A program made the position numbers and the translations under genes. From contig JAVHQC010000029.1 of the NCBI GenBank assembly GCA_036170915.1, positions 1 through 64,000 of the forward strand: DNA of 64,000 nt, written 5' to 3'. The notes under the pieces were generated by a model, which was not told where the DNA came from, made no database searches, and saw nothing but the letters and a program-made list of their open reading frames with translations. This DNA is from Cyanobacteria bacterium auto_48_18 (lineage in GTDB: Bacteria > Cyanobacteriota > Vampirovibrionia > Obscuribacterales > Obscuribacteraceae). Below, piece after piece: positions 60,341 to 64,000 of this stretch (position 1 is the stretch's first letter; every line of letters begins with the position of its first letter).

Positions 60341-60885
60341 GCAAGTTCAAAAAAGAAAAAGCGACCAGTCCTGAGCGCCTGGTCTTGGCGCTGATTGAAA
60401 ATGGTCATTTTGAAGAATCACTTCTGTTGCTTGACCAGTGGGCAGACAAAACCGACATCATCTATTTATATGCTCGGGCATTAGCTCTATTCGCTACAGG
60501 TAGCAGAACTGCCGAAGCCAACGAGACTTTGCATGCAGCCTTTAGCCAAAATAATTATGTGCTTCCTTTGATGGTTGAGAAAATCAATAAAGTTAGCGAA
60601 AGTAGCAAAGATAGCAAGGATAGCAAAGATACCGAGGCGAAAAGCAAAAAACAAAAGCACACAGCTAGAGCTATGATGCCGAAAGAAAGCCTGTCCCAAA
60701 GCAAGGCCAGAAAATATATAGAATTATGGTTTGGCAGTTGGTTGCAGACGGAATCTGCTTTTGACTGGTTGGGCAATCAGTTTGTGGAATATACCAGAGC
60801 AAGCAAACTGGAAAAACTCAAAGCCAAACAAGAAGAAATGCTCAAGAACATGAAAATTCTTGACGCTGATTTTTTCCTCAATTAA
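60337..60885 (+). CDS. Hypothetical protein
   Basis: GTGA overlap with the upstream stop. Helical (YARALALF..G...A) with an SKD x3 micro-repeat. Confidence 0.7.
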   Translation: MSKFKKEKATSPERLVLALIENGHFEESLLLLDQWADKTDIIYLYARALALFATGSRTAEANETLHAAFSQNNYVLPLMVEKINKVSESSKDSKDSKDTEAKSKKQKHTARAMMPKESLSQSKARKYIELWFGSWLQTESAFDWLGNQFVEYTRASKLEKLKAKQEEMLKNMKILDADFFLN

Positions 60886-61867
60886 GCGTTTTGAGAAATT
60901 GCTCGCGTACTTCTTTCAGCGCTGCCTTCATAACATTCTGATCGGTAAAGGCCGCGTCGATATCTGCCTTCGTGGCATGATTTAAATCAACCAGAATTTC
61001 GCCCAGCATCTTTTTATTGCCAGATTTTTGTAGCGCCATTGCTTCTGAAATGTGCTCTTCAGTAATTTTTCCGCCTGATTTCAAAAACTGACCTAACTGA
61101 GGCACAAATTTGAACTGCAAATCGCCACCGGCCAACTTGGTCAGATGACTTTCATCAAGCACAGTAATTTTCATGCCACCAATATTAGTGGCTTCTTTCA
61201 AGGCCGGATTCAAAATGAGCAAACGTTCGGCTTCAGCCGTCACCGCTGCTTCGGTAAAGCGTTCTCCAGTGGTGGCTCCACGTGCTTTAAGGGCACTGGT
61301 CGCCACTTGCGTCACAGTGTGACCTTCTTCAACGATCATCTGTTTCGGCAGTTTGAATAAATCGTCCAGGCCGCCAGCATATTTTTTGCCGACTTCGCTG
61401 AGCGCCTCAGGAGTGACCAGTGACTTTCCTTTTTCCACCATTGGCCGTACAACGTCTGGAATAATCGCGCCTTCTACCGTCTTGCGCTGTAGAGCAGGTG
61501 CTTCGAACACTACCTTCGCTGAGACTTCGCCAGCTTCATGAGCACCGGAGACCACAAGTTTTTCAGCCGCTAGCTTTTCAGCAGCTAATTTCTCAGCTGA
61601 ACCGCCCATCGCAGTTCTAGTTGCTGCAATTTCACTCTGAGCCAAACCGGTTTTGCCACGTAAGGCCGCGGCGGTTGCAACGATTAACACTCCGCCTATG
61701 ACTGCGCTTTCAGCGGGACAAGCTTTTACAAATGACACGGCTTCGTTTGCCACGTTCTTTGTTTTGCGCGTGATGTCACTGCAGGCTTGGTCAAACCAAT
61801 CGGCAGAAACGATTTCAGGCTTTGCTGGTTGATCATTTTGCTTATGGATTTCAGTAGGCATTGGCAT
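60878..61867 (-). CDS. Hypothetical protein with a C-terminal MshEN-like (LG..L...G.I.......A...Q) motif pair
   Basis: LGQFLKSGGKITEEHISEAMALQK...LGEILVDL. One hydrophobic segment and an AAEKL repeat. Start uncertain. Confidence 0.7.
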   Translation of the reverse strand: MPMPTEIHKQNDQPAKPEIVSADWFDQACSDITRKTKNVANEAVSFVKACPAESAVIGGVLIVATAAALRGKTGLAQSEIAATRTAMGGSAEKLAAEKLAAEKLVVSGAHEAGEVSAKVVFEAPALQRKTVEGAIIPDVVRPMVEKGKSLVTPEALSEVGKKYAGGLDDLFKLPKQMIVEEGHTVTQVATSALKARGATTGERFTEAAVTAEAERLLILNPALKEATNIGGMKITVLDESHLTKLAGGDLQFKFVPQLGQFLKSGGKITEEHISEAMALQKSGNKKMLGEILVDLNHATKADIDAAFTDQNVMKAALKEVREQFLKTLN

Positions 61868-61998
61868 AGGGGTGTTTTCTCGGCAGGGGTGTCTACAAAA
61901 AGGAATGGTAGCTTGCCAAGAGGTGTTCGTCATCCGTAAAACTACGCAAGCAAAAATGACATTTAGATTTTATTGGGCTAGAAGGCTCTAGGGAACTA

Positions 61999-63078
61999 TT
62001 GCCCGCACTGACAGTCTCTGCCAACGAAATACTGTGGAGTAAGTGTCTTATGTCGACCAAGAGTGCCCAGCTGGCATGCATACGCGCAAAACACAGCTAC
62101 CAACTGGCTCTGGCATTGTCTCTTGTGTTTTCCACAGCCGCTGCATTCCACCTGCAATCGGCAGGCGCCGCAGAGCCCCTAAAACTGTCTGACCCTGAAG
62201 TTTTAGATATGAGAGACATAAAAGCGGCGAAAAAGGCTGAGAAAGAGGAAGAAAAGGCCGAAAAAAAGGCAGCCAAAGAACTTGCAAAAACAGCTGGCAA
62301 GCAGAATGCTGTAAAACAAGACAAAGCTGCAAAACCCGTCAAGATGGACAAAGCCACCAAAGACCTGGGGGGCGCAAACGCCAGCGACACCAACAAACAC
62401 GCTATTCCGCTCAAAGCAGTAAGCGCCCGGCAGGCAAAGCAAAATGCCGAAGCGGCAGATGCGATTAACAAAGTTCCAGGCATGAATATCCAGGCCAAAG
62501 ATTTAGAGCCACCAGCCGAAGATCCAGAAATCAAAGGTTTCCATCCGATTAAAAAATTACTTGCGCCGGTAATCAGGCTAGGCAAAGGTGCTGTGCAGAT
62601 GCAACAGCAAATGATGAAGCTGGAAGGTCCAGTCGGTGCACTACAACCGGCTATGGTCAGTTTGCAAGGTAAGCTGCAGCAAGTCGATGATCGCGTTCAA
62701 ACACTTACCGTCAATATGATTTCGATGGATGGCAAGGTAATTAAAGTAAGCCAAGAAATGACCGGTATCAAGCAAGAACTGGGCGAAATGCGCAGCGATG
62801 TAGGCGGCTTGAGAAAACCCTTGCAATCAGTGCTGGAGCCTCTCGCTGATGTGAGAGGACCACTAGAAGAGGTGCGCGGCGCCCTCACAGACATGCACAC
62901 CATGATGACGGCAGCTTTGTTTGGCATTATCGCCCTGACGTTGGGCATTATTTTTGGTACACCATTTGCCGCTCTTTATGTTTACGTCAACAGACGCAAA
63001 TTTTTCCCTGACATGAAAGACAGTGAATTTCCGGTTGTTAACTCAAACAACAAAGAGGCGGCCGCCAGCCGCCGCTAA
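61999..63078 (+). CDS. Hypothetical exported coiled-coil protein with a C-terminal TM anchor
   Basis: Signal-like segment (AGA-AE), K/E/A-rich linker, heptad repeats and a C-terminal hydrophobic helix. Start may be ATG 62050. Confidence 0.75.
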   Translation: MPALTVSANEILWSKCLMSTKSAQLACIRAKHSYQLALALSLVFSTAAAFHLQSAGAAEPLKLSDPEVLDMRDIKAAKKAEKEEEKAEKKAAKELAKTAGKQNAVKQDKAAKPVKMDKATKDLGGANASDTNKHAIPLKAVSARQAKQNAEAADAINKVPGMNIQAKDLEPPAEDPEIKGFHPIKKLLAPVIRLGKGAVQMQQQMMKLEGPVGALQPAMVSLQGKLQQVDDRVQTLTVNMISMDGKVIKVSQEMTGIKQELGEMRSDVGGLRKPLQSVLEPLADVRGPLEEVRGALTDMHTMMTAALFGIIALTLGIIFGTPFAALYVYVNRRKFFPDMKDSEFPVVNSNNKEAAASRR

Positions 63079-63087
63079 TCAAAGTAC

Positions 63088-63657
63088 TTACTTTTCGTCG
63101 GCAGCATGGGGCGTAATGGTCCATTTGGACGCAGAGTCAGGGCGGCTGACCTTTTTCATTTCACAATTGTGTATATGAGGAAATTCGAGTTGCAGAACTT
63201 TGGCCACTACGTGCCAAACTCCTCCATGGGCCACAATTAATACCGGGCCATCCATAGCCAGTGCTTGTTGTAAGCCTCGATTGACACGCATGCCAAATTC
63301 TAGCTGTGACTCGCCGCCGGGTGGGTTAGACGAAGGGTCGTAAAGACTGGGAAGTTCGCTCCAGGCTCGCTTTTCCCACTCCCCCAGATGCCATTCGGCG
63401 AGCAAATCCACCGTCACCAGTGGTGCTTGCAAAACCTGGCTCAGCGCCTGAGCCGTTTGCTGGGCGCGCACAAGCGGACTGACACAAATGGTTTTGACAT
63501 CATGACAGAGTTGAATGGCCGGGCTTTCGGCCAGAGCCTTTGCTTGAGCCAAACCTGTGGCATTAAGTTCGATGTCCCAGCCCGAGCCGGCAGCCAGATT
63601 GCCGAGATTGGCATCGGTCTCACCATGCCTGACGAAATAAAAATGCTCTTCTGCCAT
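63088..63657 (-). CDS. Histidine phosphatase family protein (phosphoglycerate mutase-like)
   Basis: FVRHGET, SPLVRAQQTA, GGES and LIVAHGG. AGGAG RBS. Confidence 0.92.
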   Translation of the reverse strand: MAEEHFYFVRHGETDANLGNLAAGSGWDIELNATGLAQAKALAESPAIQLCHDVKTICVSPLVRAQQTAQALSQVLQAPLVTVDLLAEWHLGEWEKRAWSELPSLYDPSSNPPGGESQLEFGMRVNRGLQQALAMDGPVLIVAHGGVWHVVAKVLQLEFPHIHNCEMKKVSRPDSASKWTITPHAADEK

Positions 63658-63741
63658 ACCAACTCCTGTTCACTGTAGCAATGTTATCTCAAGAGACGAA
63701 AAGCCACATCGAAATAATCGATACTGTGAGAAGCTGTACAA

Positions 63742-64000
63742 ATGTTTTCAGAGAATCAGACAGAGAAAATAGCGATTATCGGTGCTGGGCCGGTGGGCAT
63801 AAGCGCCGCTCGCGCTCTTAAAATCAGCGGCATTGAATACGATCAATTTGAGGCGGAAAGCGACCTTGGAGGCAACTGGCGCCATGGTGTTTATAAAACC
63901 GCACACATAATTTCGTCACGTAAAACCACTGAATTTCCTGATTTCCCCATGCCTGACGACTATCCTGATTTTCCCAGTGCCGCGCAAATGCTCGCTTATC
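63742..64000 (+). CDS. Flavin-containing monooxygenase family protein (3' partial)
   Basis: Manual translation MFSENQTEKIAIIGAGPVGI...FEAESDLGGNW...ISSRKTTEFPDFPMPDDYPDFPS; runs off the window. Confidence 0.85.
   Translation, partial: MFSENQTEKIAIIGAGPVGISAARALKISGIEYDQFEAESDLGGNWRHGVYKTAHIISSRKTTEFPDFPMPDDYPDFPSAAQMLAY

Noticed and set aside
63088..63657. Calling the histidine phosphatase cobC
   Set aside because: It lies 10 kb from cobS and the family motifs do not specify substrate.

Overview
Gene-dense bacterial chromosomal window of mostly housekeeping genes. These are a frameshifted archaeal-type aspS, addA/addB, recA, lnt, hutH, a patA-like aminotransferase, recG, mglA, rpmB, hslO, prmC, prfA, tpiA, lipA, cobS, a bacterial alpha-2-macroglobulin, tRNA-Arg(CCG) and tRNA-Ser(GGA). 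They are interleaved with envelope or secreted-protein genes (MBOAT plus three SGNH-like paralogs, TPR proteins, two WG-repeat proteins, a GT87-like glycosyltransferase) and hypotheticals. The cyanobacterial-style RecG N-terminus and the gene content suggest a non-photosynthetic cyanobacterial relative (Melainabacteria/Vampirovibrionia); this is inference only. The most striking signal is at the window start. A run of AAT codons reads as an Asn/Asp-rich leader peptide (N18-D-N-N-D...). It is followed by mutually exclusive antiterminator and terminator hairpins directly upstream of the Asp(/Asn)-tRNA synthetase, which looks like a ribosome-stalling attenuator. A second signal is a dispersed intergenic palindrome family (AACTGAARCGTGCACGTTTCAGTT with a CCGGGTGAC companion motif) at five loci. 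No CRISPR array, integrase, transposase or rRNA was seen.
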